NCBI GenBank assembly: GCA_950097015.1 | Contig: CATNEN010000011.1 | Span: 4,030,001 to 4,094,000, forward strand | Source: Macrostomum hystrix | Taxonomy: Eukaryota; Animalia; Platyhelminthes | Length of the DNA: 64,000 nt | Direction of reading: 5' to 3' | Shown: positions 21,114 to 38,574 of the stretch, in pieces | Numbering within the stretch: the first letter of the stretch is position 1 | Layout: each line of letters begins with the position of its first letter | Made by a program: the position numbers and the translations under genes | The notes under the pieces: generated by a model | Seen by the model: only the letters and a program-made list of their open reading frames with translations | Database searches by the model: none | What the model was told of the DNA's origin: nothing

Positions 21114-24100
21114 AGCGTTTGTGTGTTTGAGAGAGAGAGAGAGGAGAGAGAGAATTATTAGTGTCATATGCGCTCCATCATTAATCGATGAATACACGTT
21201 ATGAGCAAATGCCAAGGTGGAGGAGGTGGGGTTGGCTGCAGGCTGCTCAGATACTCTCAGGAACGGGCTCTGATGGATTTTGCGCTTCAATTTGGGATTT
21301 TCTGCTGCTGTCCTTGATTCTGCTGAGTTAGTTGATTCCGCTTTCTAGTCCAAATTAATTGCGTATCATTTTTCGCAGCTCGCTATTTTACTATTTATTT
21401 TATTCGTCAGCCCCAACTCGTTTCTGCCCAAGCTTTTTTGTACCGATTAGTCAAAATATTGCGGATTGCCAATCAGAAAAATCACTAATCAAAAATCGAT
21501 ACTAGTAGAATCTCGATATATCGTAATCATAATCCCTAATAAATAAATCAAACAATGAATTATTCAAAATACCAAAAAATCTGAATCCTAGATTTTCATA
21601 ATCCATATTTGTCAAAATCCCATTTGTCGAAATCCCAGTTTATCAAAATCCCAGTTTTTCGAAATCCCATCCAGTTAATCGAAATCCCAGTTTGTCAAAA
21701 TCCTAGTTTGTCGATATCCCAGTTTGTCGAAATCCTAGTTTGTCGAAATCCCAGTTTTTCGAAATCCCATCCAGTTAATCGAAATCCCAGTTTTTCGAAA
21801 TTCCAGTTTGTCAAAATCCCAGTTTGTCCAAATCCCAGTTTCTCCAAATCCCAGTTTGTCGAAATCCCAGTTTATCGAAATCCCAGTTTATCGAAATCCC
21901 AGTTTATCGAAATCCCAGTTTGTCGAAATCCCAGTTTCTCCAAATCCCAGTTTTTCAAAATCCCATCCAGTTAATCGAATTCCCAGTTTTTCGAAATTCC
22001 AGTTTGTCAAAATCCCAGTTTGTCCAAATCCCAGTTTCTCCAAATCCCAGTTTGTCCAAATCCCAGTTTCTCCAAATCCCAGTTTATCGAAATCCCAGTT
22101 TGTCAAAATCCCAGTTTATCGAAATCCCAGTTTGTCGAAATCCCAGTTATGTCGAAATCCCAGTTTATCGAAATCCCAGTTTGTCGAATTCCCAGTTTTT
22201 TCGAAATCCCAGTTTATCAAAATCCCAGTTTTTCGAAATCCCAGTTTGCCAAAATCCCAGTTTCTCCAAATCCCAGTTTGTCAAAATCCCAGTTTTTCGA
22301 AATCCCATCCAGTTAATCGAAATCCCAGTTTATCGAAATCCCAGTTTTTCGAAATCCCAGTTTGCCAAAATCCCAGTTTCTCCAAATCCCAGTTTGTCAA
22401 AATCCCAGTTTATCAAAATCCCAGTTTATCAAAATCCCAGTTTATCGAAATCCCATTTTGTAGAAATCCCAGTTTGCTGAAATGCCAGATTTTAATCCTG
22501 TCGAAATCCTAGTTTGCCGATTTAGAATTACCATTTTTCGCCCCACCACAAATCTGATAAGCTGATAAACAGCCGCTTAAACTACAGCACTTGCCGAAGC
22601 TCATAAATCCTCCATAGTCATCATTTCAACAGCCGAAATTCTCCCAGGAAAGCTTCATGCATCATAAACTGCCTTTCAACACGCGTAAAATCATAGAGCC
22701 AAGCAGATAGATCAGATTAATTTTGACATGTTCCAGGCAAGACGAAATGAATTCAGCATTTTCTCTGTTCTGTTCTGTTCTGTTCTGTTCTGTTCTGTTC
22801 TGTTCTGTTCTGTTCTGTTCTGTTCTGGTTCTGTTCTGTTGTGGTTCTGTTCTGTTGTGGTTCTGTTCTGTTGTGGTTCTGTTCTGTTCTGGTTCTGTTC
22901 TGTTGTGGTTCTGTTCTGGTTCTGTTCTGTTCTGTCATGTTCTGTTTTTTTCTGTTCTGTCATGTTCTGTTCTGTTCTGTTCTGTACTTTACTCGTAGAT
23001 TAGTTTCTAATGCAAGAGTGCATTCTGTAGTGCATTCTGATCCTAGATCCCATAAATCTCATAAAAGGCAGGAAACAGCTTAGATAATGGAACCGTACGT
23101 TGGCTATACTTAATAATCTTTCTGAAAGGCTTTGCTGTTTATTATTTCATAGTGACACAGTAACAGTTTAGCGTATTTAGATCGTTAATGAGTTAGGCTT
23201 TGATCCACTAATTAAATTATGGTTGCTATGCAAAGATTCAATTCATGCCAATTCAATCAATGCGAGCTCTGCCTCCCGTCTTCTGGTAACTAATGAAACT
23301 TTATACAGTTCCCAAATATCGACAGTACAGTAGTCGATAACGGCTGTTTTGTCGATAATCTACGAATACAGAAGACCCGCTGTGAAATTGTTGGCTGTGC
23401 AAATCGTTAAGTCTCTCAGTTGACAACAAATTCTTGAATTTTATGCAATTGTCCTCCTCGCATATCAATGTGCCTTTGGAACTGAGTACAGGTTGTTTTA
23501 TCGATAACTTAAGAATTTTGTGAATCTTTCAGATCACTAAGTGTCAGGTGCTTCAAAAACATCCTGAAGAGCCTAAAGACCTTCAAGACCCTGAAGACAT
23601 TCAAGACCCTGAAGACATTCAAGACCCTGAAGACCTTCAGGACCCTGAAGACCTTCAAGACCCTGAAGACCTTCAAGACCCTGAAGACCTTCAAGACCCT
23701 GAAGACCTTTGAGACCCTGAAGACCTTCAAGACCCTGAACACCTTTAAGACCCTGAAGACCTTTAAGACCCTGAAGACCATCAAGACCCTGAAGACCTTC
23801 AGGACCCTGAACACCTTCAAGACCCTGAAGACCTTCAAGACCCTGAAGACCTTTGAGACCCTGAAGACCTTCAGGACCCTGATGACCTTTGAGACCCTGA
23901 AGACCTTCAAGACCCTGATGACCTTTGAGACCCTGAAGACCTTCAAGACCCTGATGACTTCGAAGACTCACCATAGGCTCCTCTTCATCCAGGTTTGCCT
24001 CTTCTATTCGGCTGCGAGCCGTAGCCAGAGCTGTGCGGCTCTCCAGTCTATCCAGCAGTCGCTGCAGTCTCGCCACCTCCCAGTGCAGGCAGCCGTCTAA

Positions 24101-24293
24101 GTCCAGGTCACCCGGGCCTGAGTCCAGGCTGCCATCAACGATTCTTGGCGACTGCGGCGTCTGCTGCTGCTGATGCTGCTGCTGCTGCTGCTGCAGATGC
24201 TGCTGATGCTGCTGACGCAAGCTCTGCTGCAGTAGTGGCGGCGGTATGGGACGCGATTTTGGTGTCAGTGGCTCTGACGTCTTCGAGTGTTGC

Positions 24294-24327
<34 letters not shown>

Positions 24328-27076
24328 CGGATGCATTTGGCGGCGGCGGTCTTGGCGGGGGAGGCGGCTGCGGCTGCGGCGACTGTGGCGTGGTCAGCAT
24401 GGCCGATGCGGCCGACGGTGCTTCGTCGTTCATGTTCGCCATGGATGTCAAGTTTGACGGAGTTGAAGTTGTCGCCGAATCTCTGGCCAGCCTTCGCAGA
24501 CTTTCGTGAGCATTTCTCAGCACCTTTAGAGCAAATAGTAATGAGTGAGATTATATTGGCAAGGCTGGATAATGGTAAAGGACTCTAAAATAATTCTCAC
24601 CTGCAGCTGAGCCTCCAGGTGAGCGCACATTTCTCGCAGCAGAAATCGATCGACAAATTGAGCAGAAGCCGGTTTGCCAAGGTGGGTCTCAGCTAGCGAC
24701 TTCACGGAGGCGGACACGGCGCGGCACAGGGCACCGGCCGATTGAAACACGGGCTCGTGGGTGCCCAGGCGCTCAGTGAAGTAGATGCACAGCTCGTGCG
24801 TGTCTATGTTGCTGGGCGGTGAAGTTTGGCCATAGACTATCAGAGATATCGTTATCAGTGGATTATGCTGCTTTCAATACGTAGATTCCTGCTACGATTC
24901 TCAAGTTTGTTCGATTCCAATTACTATCTTACAGTTAGTGCGCTTGCTGCTTCGATTCTAGTTCTAATTCCTGCTACGATTGTAGTTACGATCTCTGCTA
25001 CGATTCTTGCTGCGACTCCTGATTGGATTCTAGTTCCAATTCCTTCTACAATTCTTGCTGCGATTCCTGCTACGATTCTAGGTCCGATTCCTGCTACGAT
25101 TTTAGTTACGATCTCTGCTACGATTCTAGCTGCGACTCCTGATACCGTTCTAGCTGCGATTCCTGATATAATTATAGTTTTAATTCCTGCTACGGTTCTA
25201 GCTTCGATTCCTGCTACGATTCTAGCTGCGATTCCTGATACGATTCTAGCTGCGATTCCTGATAGGATTCTAGTTTCGGTTCCTGCTACGGTTCTAGTTG
25301 CGATTCAAGTTAACGATTCTAGATGCTAAGTTTAAGCTTGAGCTCATTATAACTATACTGTTATAAGGCACACCAGCTGGCTTCCAAAATATCTGTCGCA
25401 ATCAAATTTCTTGCTGCATTGCTGCGACAAGTTCTTAGAAAATACCCCGCCATCGTGGGTGCAGCAGGAAAATCGATGCAAATAACAAGAGAATAATTTG
25501 CATCGGAAAACTGGCTAAGCCTACAGAGCTTCTGTTCTTCACCCCAGAACTGCATGGGCTGCTGCCTAATGAAGGGCCGGCGCTACATGCAGCGGAATGA
25601 GTACTTGGGATCAGGAATCAGCAGCACACTCCTGATGCATCCTATTTCCAATCCCCCCAACTGTCTGTACGTCCTGAAGGGCCAAAAAATCCACTCCATT
25701 CTCTCACACACGCAGCTGCTGCTTCACTTCAGATCCCACAGTCTCTATTCCTCTAATTGGAAGCTGCCATATGAAATCACAGGGATAAGGGACGCTTCGC
25801 TTACAGACTTAAGGATACGAGATGACAGGATGGGAAGTATAATATATTATATATATCAGCACGTGCCGCGTGAGGCCTTGACTGTATAGTGCCTGCGCTT
25901 TCTCAGTGCGAGCTCACCATAATCCTAAAGCACAGGAGCACTTTGAGTACTGAGAAGACTACAGATATAGACAGGACAATTTTCATAGATGTCTTAATTA
26001 GAACCAGAGACTTTGAGTTCCGTAACCTCATCTTTTGAGTCTATTTGACTGATCATAGTTCAAGGGTTTCAAATTGAAATGCCATTTTTAATTGTAGAAT
26101 GTTATATTTTTCTCAGTTCAGCCCTAAGAAAATATTATCGCATTTAGCCACACGACATTCACCGCGACGGCGACCCAGAATTAATTCTGTGCAATTTTAT
26201 CAGCAGGAAGCACAAGTGCTATAAAAACAATTTGATCCGTTAGATTTTGAGGCCATGCAAATCGAGTTATTGTCAGACGCGCTAAATAATTCAGTGCCTC
26301 TGGGGAACTAAACGCGCAAAGCCAGCTTGACGTGTCCAATGTCAGAATCGCAGGCAGGATGAGAAATCTACAATCTACGCTTACATTAGAATGCACGAGA
26401 TAATTTGTATTTTTATTTGCAAATTGAATTCACAATCACAAATGCATGCGAATTTCATTTTACCCTCTTTTAAATCAATCTTTTTGAGTCCAATTTTACG
26501 TCCAAAATGTACTCTTACGTATGAATTGAGTGAAGCGAAAATCGTTTTTATTGAATACAACCTTAGGTCTAGAATCAATACTAATTATACTGTCCTACAT
26601 TTTTTTTTCCTTATCGACAATTTGGTGGCTCGGGTTGCCTCATTAGTGCAAATACAAAAAGGGGCCTTTATTATTCAACTTACTTTGTATGATGTGAATC
26701 GATCTCGTTGAAGAGGCTTCGCATTCCATCATCAGTCACGATGCCATCTGAGAAGTACGCGACAAACTCTGTCCAAGAGATTGCTCCATCGTCTAAAATA
26801 TTTTTGTACGTATAGGTTTGGCTTAAAGTTGACGCAATAAAAAATATATTTAATATATAATCTCGTCAAAAAGCAAACGTGTTGACGACCGGGGCCTATA
26901 ATCAGGAATGCATTTGCTGTGGACGAAAATAAATAAAAAACAAACGTTTTTATTGAAACTGAAACTGACACGTTACTTCTTATATCCATACCATTTTTAT
27001 CTGCCCGGCGGAAGATATCTTTAAAGATGCACAAATCAACGTCAGATATTGTTTGGCAATTTTTATCGGAGTACAT
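13208..27076 (-). CDS. NECAB: N-terminal EF-hand calcium-binding protein (NECAB family). Seven exons: 27076-26992, 26792-26684, 24811-24601, 24523-23972, 18843-18734, 14551-14382, 13236-13208 (~421 aa).
   Basis: The spliced product has [29 protein letters not shown] (EF1), FNEIDSHHTNNIDTHELCIYF (EF2), QFVDRFLLRE, EVARLQRLLDRLE, and an ABM domain ILIVRRRLSVQEDLLNGF..VVLYEFWESLGGWRKF..TETLLMPSIWW*, all collinear with vertebrate NECAB1-3. All six GT-AG junction phases are compatible. Confidence 0.93.
13272..14265 (-). repeat. 23-bp G-rich (on +) minisatellite filling NECAB intron 6 (GAGGCTGGGAGTAGGCGATTTTT)
   Basis: Visible tandem units. Confidence 0.95.
14558..17748 (-). repeat. 31-bp homogeneous satellite, ~100 copies, in NECAB intron 5 (GGTGTGATGAGACAGGTGTGTCAATTGGAGT on +)
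   Basis: Period of 31 checked (14701 to 14732). Only a few recurrent variant sites. Abuts the exon-6 acceptor. Confidence 0.97.
19288..20400 (-). repeat. 16-bp minisatellite in NECAB intron 4 (CTCCCGTGTCTCATCT on +)
   Basis: Visible tandem units; source of four spurious long ORFs. Confidence 0.95.
21064..21152. repeat. (CTG)n microsatellite followed by (GA)n
   Basis: Direct read. Confidence 0.95.
21605..22520 (-). repeat. 16-bp minisatellite in NECAB intron 4 (GTCGAAATCCCAGTTT on +)
   Basis: Visible tandem units. Confidence 0.95.
22764..22985. repeat. (TTCTG)n pentanucleotide microsatellite
   Basis: Direct read. Confidence 0.95.
23570..23965 (-). repeat. 18-bp minisatellite (CTTCAAGACCCTGAAGAC on +) starting immediately after the NECAB exon-4 donor
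   Basis: Visible tandem units. It gives the false collagen-like GLQGLEG tail in ORF 23573-24523. Confidence 0.95.
24945..25315 (-). repeat. Degenerate 12/24-bp repeat (TAGCTGCGATTCCTGCTACGATTC on +) in NECAB intron 2
   Basis: Recurring CGATTC-containing units. Confidence 0.85.
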
Positions 27077-28304
27077 TGTGTGGTCAACCGACAGTAACTT
27101 GCGAAAGAATGAAAGCTTTTCTTTTATTAATAGACGCGCAATTTTGGGGCCTTCCTGAATTATAACAGTCTAGATATAATCTGGCAGCGATCGAGGGAGT
27201 TAATTCAACAGCCAAGTAAAGAATTTTAAATATGTTCATTTATTTTTTCGATGCAGCATAACAAAAACTGATGGACACAGCCCAGTTATAATGCAAAACA
27301 GTTTATTTTGTTTTATCACGAGTGATTCTTGCTGATTTTTTTGTGAAAGTGTAGTAACTCTTCTTGTGTTAGCGAAATGTTTTCATTTCCGTTGTGCAAG
27401 TTTTCAAATGAGACAAATACCTAGAAATGTACTGGCCAGCCAGCTGCATAGTCGTGTCTGCGGCACGACAGCGAGGAACAAGTCGTAAAACGAATCATAA
27501 TGAAGTAACTTAAAAAGAAAAAATTAATTTATTACGTTTCAATTTTTTGTTCGGATTTGGATTTTGCATTCTAAAATCTTGCTCGACATGATCTAATTTT
27601 TACTGAATCTACAACAATCTGAATCCATTTTAATATATCAATCACGATGACATTAAAAAACTTCAAAGTTCATTAATTCCATTTATGTTTGACTTTCCAT
27701 TAAACAAAGATTTGATATTGTTTATCCAAAGAGTCTATTTTATACCCTTCTTTTGCTCTAAAACTGCTAGCATTCATAATTTAGTTATTATACTAAAGGC
27801 TCCTGTGCCAATCGAAGCAGCTATCTCTGTCATACTACACATTTTTCTATAACAACTATAACATATTATATTTTTCTTTATGCGAATTAATGACAAAAAA
27901 TTCTTAATTGGTATAGATAAAAACCTAATATCTTTTCATTGAGTGTTGCTTTTTACTTTTTAAAAATTTTTATGCACTGATTTCTTTTTTGTTAATTTAT
28001 ACTTAGTACTTTAATATGTTATTTTCTTCTTTTTATGCTGATAAAATAGCAATTAAAAATAACCATTTAAATGTTGAAACAAAATATAACTAAGCATAGC
28101 TATGCACTATTGAGATCTATTTAATTGTGATTTCATTACAAAAAAGTGAATTATATAAAATGTTTAGGTAGTAGTTGTAAAAATGGTTAATAAAATAAAC
28201 TACCCATTATGATGCAATTTAGTCCTTTTAAGTCTTGTTTATCGTTTATTATTTACTTTAGGTATTAATTACTTTAGTATTTTGTGTCAACTATGTGTAC
28301 TTAG

Positions 28305-32603
<4,299 letters not shown>

Positions 32604-32859
32604 CTAAGACTCGTGCTGGCCAGGTGAATGAGTCCTATGGAATCTGGTTGATATGACACAGGTTTTCTCGTTGTTTTGTGTCTCGTTTTGTCTTTCCCCA
32701 GCCATCCAGTGTTTTAACGAGTATGTTGTGCGCGCTGTTGTTCATGTGCTCAAAACTGCAAAGTAATATATTATTTTTATTTAATACACGCAGTTAAGAC
32801 TTAACAAAGTCTATATTGTATTGCCGCTTTACAGCTCTCGCCGTAGATTTCTGGTGTTT

Positions 32860-33272
32860 GGTGTCTGATGAGGCAGGGAGTGAGGTGGGTGTCTGGTGAG
32901 ACAGGAAGCGAGGTGGGTGCCTGGTGAGTCAGGAAGTGGGGTGGGTGCCTGGTGAGTCAGGAAGTGGGGTGGGTGTCGGGTGAGACAGGAAGTGGGGTGA
33001 GTGTCTGGTGAGTCAGGCAGTGGGGTGGATGTCTGGCGAGGCAGGAAGTGAGTGGATGTCTGGCGAGGCAGGAAGTGGGTGGATGTCTGGTGAGACAGGA
33101 AGTGGGGTGGGTGTCTGGTGAGTCAGGAAGTGGGGTGGATGTCTGGCGAGGCAGGAAGTGGGTGGATGTCTGGTGAGACAGGAAGTGGGGTGGATGTCTG
33201 GCGAGACAGGAAGTGGGGTGGGTGTCTGGTGAGACAGGAAGTGGGGTGGGTGTCTGGCGAGGCAGGAAGTGA
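32860..33272 (+). repeat. ~28-bp G-rich minisatellite (GGGTGGGTGTCTGGTGAGACAGGAAGTG)
   Basis: Visible tandem units. Confidence 0.9.
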
Positions 33273-33794
33273 TGTGTGTGTCGTGTAAGGGAGGCAGTGA
33301 TGTTTGTGTTGTTCTGGAAAAAGAAAGAATGTGCTTTTTCAGGTATATTATTCTTTCTGGATTTTTAGAAAATACGCTCGGATTTTTAGAAACTTTATTA
33401 CGAGTGATTGCGTATATCGATCAAGAAAATATTGATAAGTGTTGCTTCGAGATAGCATGCTGTGTGATGTAGTGCACTATTGTCGCCTTGCAGCTTAGTA
33501 AAAATTATAACATGTTTCTTCCCAGCTTTAATGCGAAGTGTATTTACTTATAAGAAAATTTATTTGTTTTATTTTGTATTTTCATTCTTTTTACACAGCT
33601 TCTGTGAAGCATTTTTCTTTAGATCTACACTCGTATGAATATCATTATACTTTTAAAAGTGAGCATCCATTTTTTCTTGCGTCATTTTTCACGAACTAGT
33701 GGGGTGTTTATCAAACACTATGTAAAAGTCTGGAGCATTATATCTCGCTCCATTCCCCTCAAAACACACGCCTTCACCCACACCTACTTAAAGA

Positions 33795-34165
33795 CCCCCA
33801 CTTTTAGCCATTTTTGACACCCACCCCACTCTTTGCCACTTTAGAACCCCCCACTCCTTCACACACAACCTATTTAGACAGACAACCCTCACTCCTTGCA
33901 ACTTTAGACCCCAACCCCACTCCTGCCACTTTAGACCCCCACCCCACTCCTTGCAACTTTAGACCTCAAGCCCACTCCTGCCACTTTAGACCCCCACCCC
34001 ACTCCTTGCAACTTTAGACCCCAACCCCACTCCTGCCACTTTAGACCCCCACCCCACTCCTTGCAACTTTAGACCTCAAGCCCACTCCCTGCGACTTTAG
34101 ACGCCCACCTCACTCCCTGGCACTTTAGACCCCCACCCCACTCCTTGCCACTTAAGACCCCCACA
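33795..34165 (+). repeat. 27-bp C-rich minisatellite (CCCCACCCCACTCCTTGCCACTTTAGA)
   Basis: Visible tandem units. Confidence 0.9.
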
Positions 34166-34909
34166 TTAATCCCTGGCTGGCAAGACACAAACCTCACAGC
34201 ATCCACCTCGCCCCACTTTTATATTGAAACATACTTTCACTATAAAAGCCGCAGTAAGAACTAAAGAAAAATGCTTTAATCAATTCAAATATTATTTCCG
34301 GCTTTAATGCTTCTCGTGCTTATGCGTTTTCTCAGCGTCAATTAAATTGACTGACTGTCGTCTAAAAGTGAAGTCATTTATGTCTTCAGCATTCTCAATG
34401 CACCGAAATTCGCCAATGCGCTATTCTGCTCAATCAAAAAATTACTTAGATCGTCAATTTCTTTCAACGAATATTTATTCCTAGAAATTGAATTTCGAAA
34501 TTTTGTTTTTTTTTTTATGCAATCAACAGTTATTCGGGTTTGTACTTTAGCATATCGCACTGCTTTAGTGTCTAATTGTAGACCGTTTTGCAAATAGTCT
34601 ATATTTTCCTATAGGCTTTCTCGAATTTTACCCTCGGACTAAATGGAAATGTGTTTTTGTGTTGTCAGTTCCTTTTTTAGACCCGGCACCTGAATCTGTG
34701 CACACCTGACCTCAACCGTTTTTTGCTTAGCTCTAATATACATTTCTGTAGCCATTATAGAGGATTTTGTGACAACTTTTAAAACATCACTTTGCACTTT
34801 AAGAAACGAACATCTAACTATTAATCATGTTATACTTTTTTTAGTTTTTCTTTGTTAACACAAAAATTCTTAAGAAGATATTAAGATATCTTAAGATAGA
34901 TATGGTGCC

Positions 34910-37900
34910 TGAGGTGAAGTAGTGTCTAGTGACGTGGGCATCAAGTGAGGTGGGTGTCAAGTGAGGTGGGTGTCAAGTAAGGTGGGTGTCGAGTGAGGTG
35001 GGCATCAAGTGAGGTAGGTCTCTAGTGACGTGGGCATCAAGTGTGGTGGGCATCAAGTGAGGTGGGCATCAAGTGAGGTGGGTGTCGAGTGAGGTGGGCA
35101 TCAGGTGAGGTGGGTGTCTAGTGACGTGGGCATCAAGTGAGGTGGGTGTCGAGTGAGGTGGGAGTCAATTGAGGTGGGTGTCTAGTGACGTGGGCATCAA
35201 GTGAGGTGGGTGTCGAGTGAGGTGGGAGTCAATTGAGGTGAGTGTCTAGTGACGTGGGCATCAAGTGAGGTGGGTGTCGAGTGAGGTGGGCATCAAGTGA
35301 GGTGGGTGTCGAGTGAGGTGGGTGTCGAGTGAGGTGGGTATCAAGTGAGGTCAGTATAATGTGAGGTGGGTGTCAAGTGAGGTGGGTGCCGAGTGAGGTG
35401 GGCAACAAGTGAGGTGGGTGTCTAGTGACGTGGTCATCAAGTGAGGTGGGTGTCGAGTGAGGTGGGTGTCAAGTGAGGTGGGTGTCTAGTGACGTGGGCA
35501 TCAAGTGAGGTGGGTGTCGAGTGAGGTGGGTGTCAAGTGAGGTGGGTGTCAAGTGACGTGGGTGTCAAGTGAGGTGGGTGTCGAGTGAGGTCAGTGTAAT
35601 GGGAGGTTGGTGTCAAGTGAGGTGGGTGTCGAGTGAGGTGGGTGTCTAGTGACGTGGGCATCAAGTGAGGTGGGTGTCAAGTGAGGTGGGCATCAAGTGA
35701 GGTGGGTGTCGAGTGAGGTGGGAGTCAATTGAGGTGGGTGTCTAGTGACGTGGGCATCAAGTGAGGTGGGTGTCGAGTGAGGTGGGAGTCAATTGAGGTG
35801 AGTGTCTAGTGACGTGGGCATCAAGTGAGGTGGGTGTCGAGTGAGGTGGGCATCAAGTGAGGTGGGTGTCGAGTGAGGTGGGTGTCGAGTGAGGTGGGTA
35901 TCAAGTGAGGTCAGTATAATGTGAGGTGGGTGTCAAGTGAGGTGGGTGCCGAGTGAGGTGGGCAACAAGTGAGGTGGGTGTCTAGTGACGTGGTCATCAA
36001 GTGAGGTGGGTGTCGAGTGAGGTGGGTGTCAAGTGAGGTGGGTGTCTAGTGACGTGGGCATCAAGTGAGGTGGGTGTCGAGTGAGGTGGGTGTCAAGTGA
36101 GGTGGGTGTCAAGTGACGTGGGTGTCAAGTGAGGTGGGTGTCGAGTGAGGTCAGTGTAATGGGAGGTTGGTGTCAAGTGAGGTGGGTGTCGAGTGAGGTG
36201 GGTGTCTAGTGACGTGGGCATCAAGTGAGGTGGGTGTCAAGTGAGGTGGGCATCAAGTGAGGTGGGTGTCGAGTGAGGTGGGTGTCTAGTGAAGTGGGCA
36301 TCAAGTAAGGTGGGTGTCGAGTGAGGTGGGAGTCAATTGAGGTGAGTGTCTAGTGACGTGGGCATCAAGTGAGGTGGGTGTCTAGTGACGTGGGCATCAA
36401 GTGAGGTGGGTGTCGAGTGAGGTGGGTGTCGAGTGAGGTGGGTATCAAGTGAGGTCAGTATAATGTGAGGTGGGTGTCAAGTGAGGTGGGTGTCGAGTGA
36501 GGTGGGCAACAAGTGAGGTGGATGTCGAGTGAGGTGGTTGTCAAGTGAGGTGGGTGTCAAGTGACGTGGGTGTCAAGTGAGGTGGGTGTCGAGTGAGGTC
36601 AGTGTAATGGGAGGTTGGTGTCAAGTGAGGTGGGTGTCGAGTGAGGTGGGTGTCTAGTGACGTGGGCATCAAGTGAGGTGGGTGTCAAGTGAGGTGGGCA
36701 TCAAGTGAGGTGGGTGTCGAGTGAGGTGGGTGTCTAGTGAAGTGGGCATCAAGTAAGGTGGGTGTCGAGTGAGGTGGGAGTCAATTGAGGTGAGTGTCTA
36801 GTGACGTGGGCATCAAGTGAGGTGGGTGTCGAGTGAGGTGGGCATCAAGTGAGGTGGGTGTCGAGTGAGGTGGGAGTCAATTGAGGTGAGTGTCTAGTGA
36901 CGTGGGCATCAAGTGAGGTGGGTGTCGAGTGAGGTGGGCATCAAGTGAGGTGGGTGTCGAGTGAGGTGGGTATCAAGTGAGGTCAGTATAATGTGAGGTG
37001 GGTGTCAAGTGAGGTGGGTGTCGAGTGAGGTGGGCAACAAGTGAGGTGGATGTCGAGTGAGGTGGGTGTCAAGTGAGGTGGGTGTCAAGTGACGTGGGTG
37101 TCAAGTGAGGTGGGTGTCGAGTGAGGTCAGTGTAATGGGAGGTTGGTGTCAATTGAGGTGGGTGTCGAGTGAGGTGGGTGTCTAGTGACGTGGGCATCAA
37201 GTGAGGTGGGTGTCAAGTGAGGTGGGCATCAAGTGAGGTGGGTGTCGAGTGAGGTGGGTGTCTAGTGAAGTGGGCATCAAGTAAGGTGGGTGTCTAGTGA
37301 CGTGGGCATCAAGTGAGGTGGGTGTCAAGTGAGGTGGGTGTCAAGTAAGGTGGGTGTCGAGTGAGGTGGGCATCAAGTGAGGTAGGTCTCTAGTGAGGTG
37401 GGTGTCGAGTGAGGTGGGTGTCTAGTGAAGTGGGCATCAAGTAAGGTGGGTGTCGAGTGAGGTGGGAGTCAATTGAGGTGAGTGTCTAGTGACGTGGGCA
37501 TCAAGTGAGGTGGGTGTCGAGTGAGGTGGGCATCAAGTGAGGTGGGTGTCGAGTGAGGTGGGTGTCGAGTGAGGTGGGTATCAAGTGAGGTCAGTATAAT
37601 GTGAGGTGGGTGTCAGGTGAGGTGGGTGTCGAGTGAGGTGGGCAACAAGTGAGGTGGGTGTCTAGTGACGTGGTCATCAAGTGAGGTGGGTGTCGAGTGA
37701 GGTGGGTGTCAAGTGAGGTGGGTGTCAAGTGACGTGGGTGTCAAGTGAGGTGGGTGTCGAGTGAGGTCAGTGTAATGGGAGGTTGGTGTCAAGTGAGGTG
37801 GGTGTCGAGTGAGGTGGGTGTCAATTGAGGTGGGTAATAAGTGAAGTGGGTGTCAAGTGAGGTGGGTATCAAGTAAGGTGGGTATCAAGTGAGGTCAGTG

Positions 37901-38085
37901 TCATGTGAGGTGGGTGTCAAGTGAGGTGGGTGTCAAATGAGGTGGGTGTCGAGTGAGGTGGGTGTCAAGTGAGGTGGGTGTCAAATGAGGTGGGTGTCAA
38001 GTGAGTTGGGTGTCAAGTGAGGTGGGTGTCTAGTGACGCGGGCATCAAGTGAGGTGGGTGTCAAGTGTGTCAACTAGTGAGGTGG
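34910..38085 (+). repeat. 16-bp satellite (GTGAGGTGGGTGTCAA), ~3.1 kb, with higher-order repeats
   Basis: The landmark variant GTCAGTATAAT occurs at 35350, 35910, 36454, 36982 and 37590; spacings of 560, 544, 528 and 608 are all multiples of 16. Confidence 0.95.
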
Positions 38086-38574
38086 ATGTCGAATGCAGTA
38101 GTCGATGACGTTAGCATTTAACGACTTTGTCTCTAGTCCTGAGTAAAGTGTGATCGATAAATTCAAAGCAATATCATTTTCCAAGATGGTGTGACGATTA
38201 AAACACAAAGGACGAAGTCGAAGTCAGAGCAGCGGCTATTGTAAGTTCGGCAATTCAGAGTCAGTAATGTCTGTGATGTAGCGGTAGCACTTTTATTCTG
38301 GGTGCACTGGGACGTCGACAAGCAGGGCGTTATGTAAGGCGTAGGAGCTCGTTAATGGTGATTGTTGGACACGAACAGAACCGAATGTAGTGGAGTGTAG
38401 TGAGAGAAAGGCACAGCACGAACACATAGAAGGGCGAGAGTGAGAAGGTGAGGCGCGAGCGGAACGGAAAGAACGACTGAAAGAAAGAAGGAACGAAAGA
38501 AAGAAAGTGAAGCGCGAGCGGGCCTGAAGCCTTGATTAAGTAAACTAGGCTGACTGAAAAACATAGCGATCGAT

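Noticed and set aside
19258-23083. Long ORFs (374, 382, 248, 234, 218 aa and others) rich in SRV/LPC, SKSQF or CSVLF
   Set aside because: These are stop-free translations of 16-bp and 5-bp tandem repeats, open in several frames, inside NECAB intron 4.
23573-23971. Collagen-like GLQGLEG tail of ORF 23573-24523
   Set aside because: It lies after the ATG|GTGAGT donor at 23971; NECAB homology resumes at 18843.
25361-25889. Short ORFs on both strands in NECAB intron 2
   Set aside because: No recognisable domain and interrupted by stops; possibly TE debris.
25917-25923. TTTAG|GATTATG|GTGAGC microexon-like site in NECAB intron 2 (minus strand)
   Set aside because: Seven nt would frameshift, and exons 2-3 already join into a perfect EF-hand.
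34378-34593. 71-aa minus-strand ORF
   Set aside because: AT-rich, near-cognate start, no motif or supporting exon structure.
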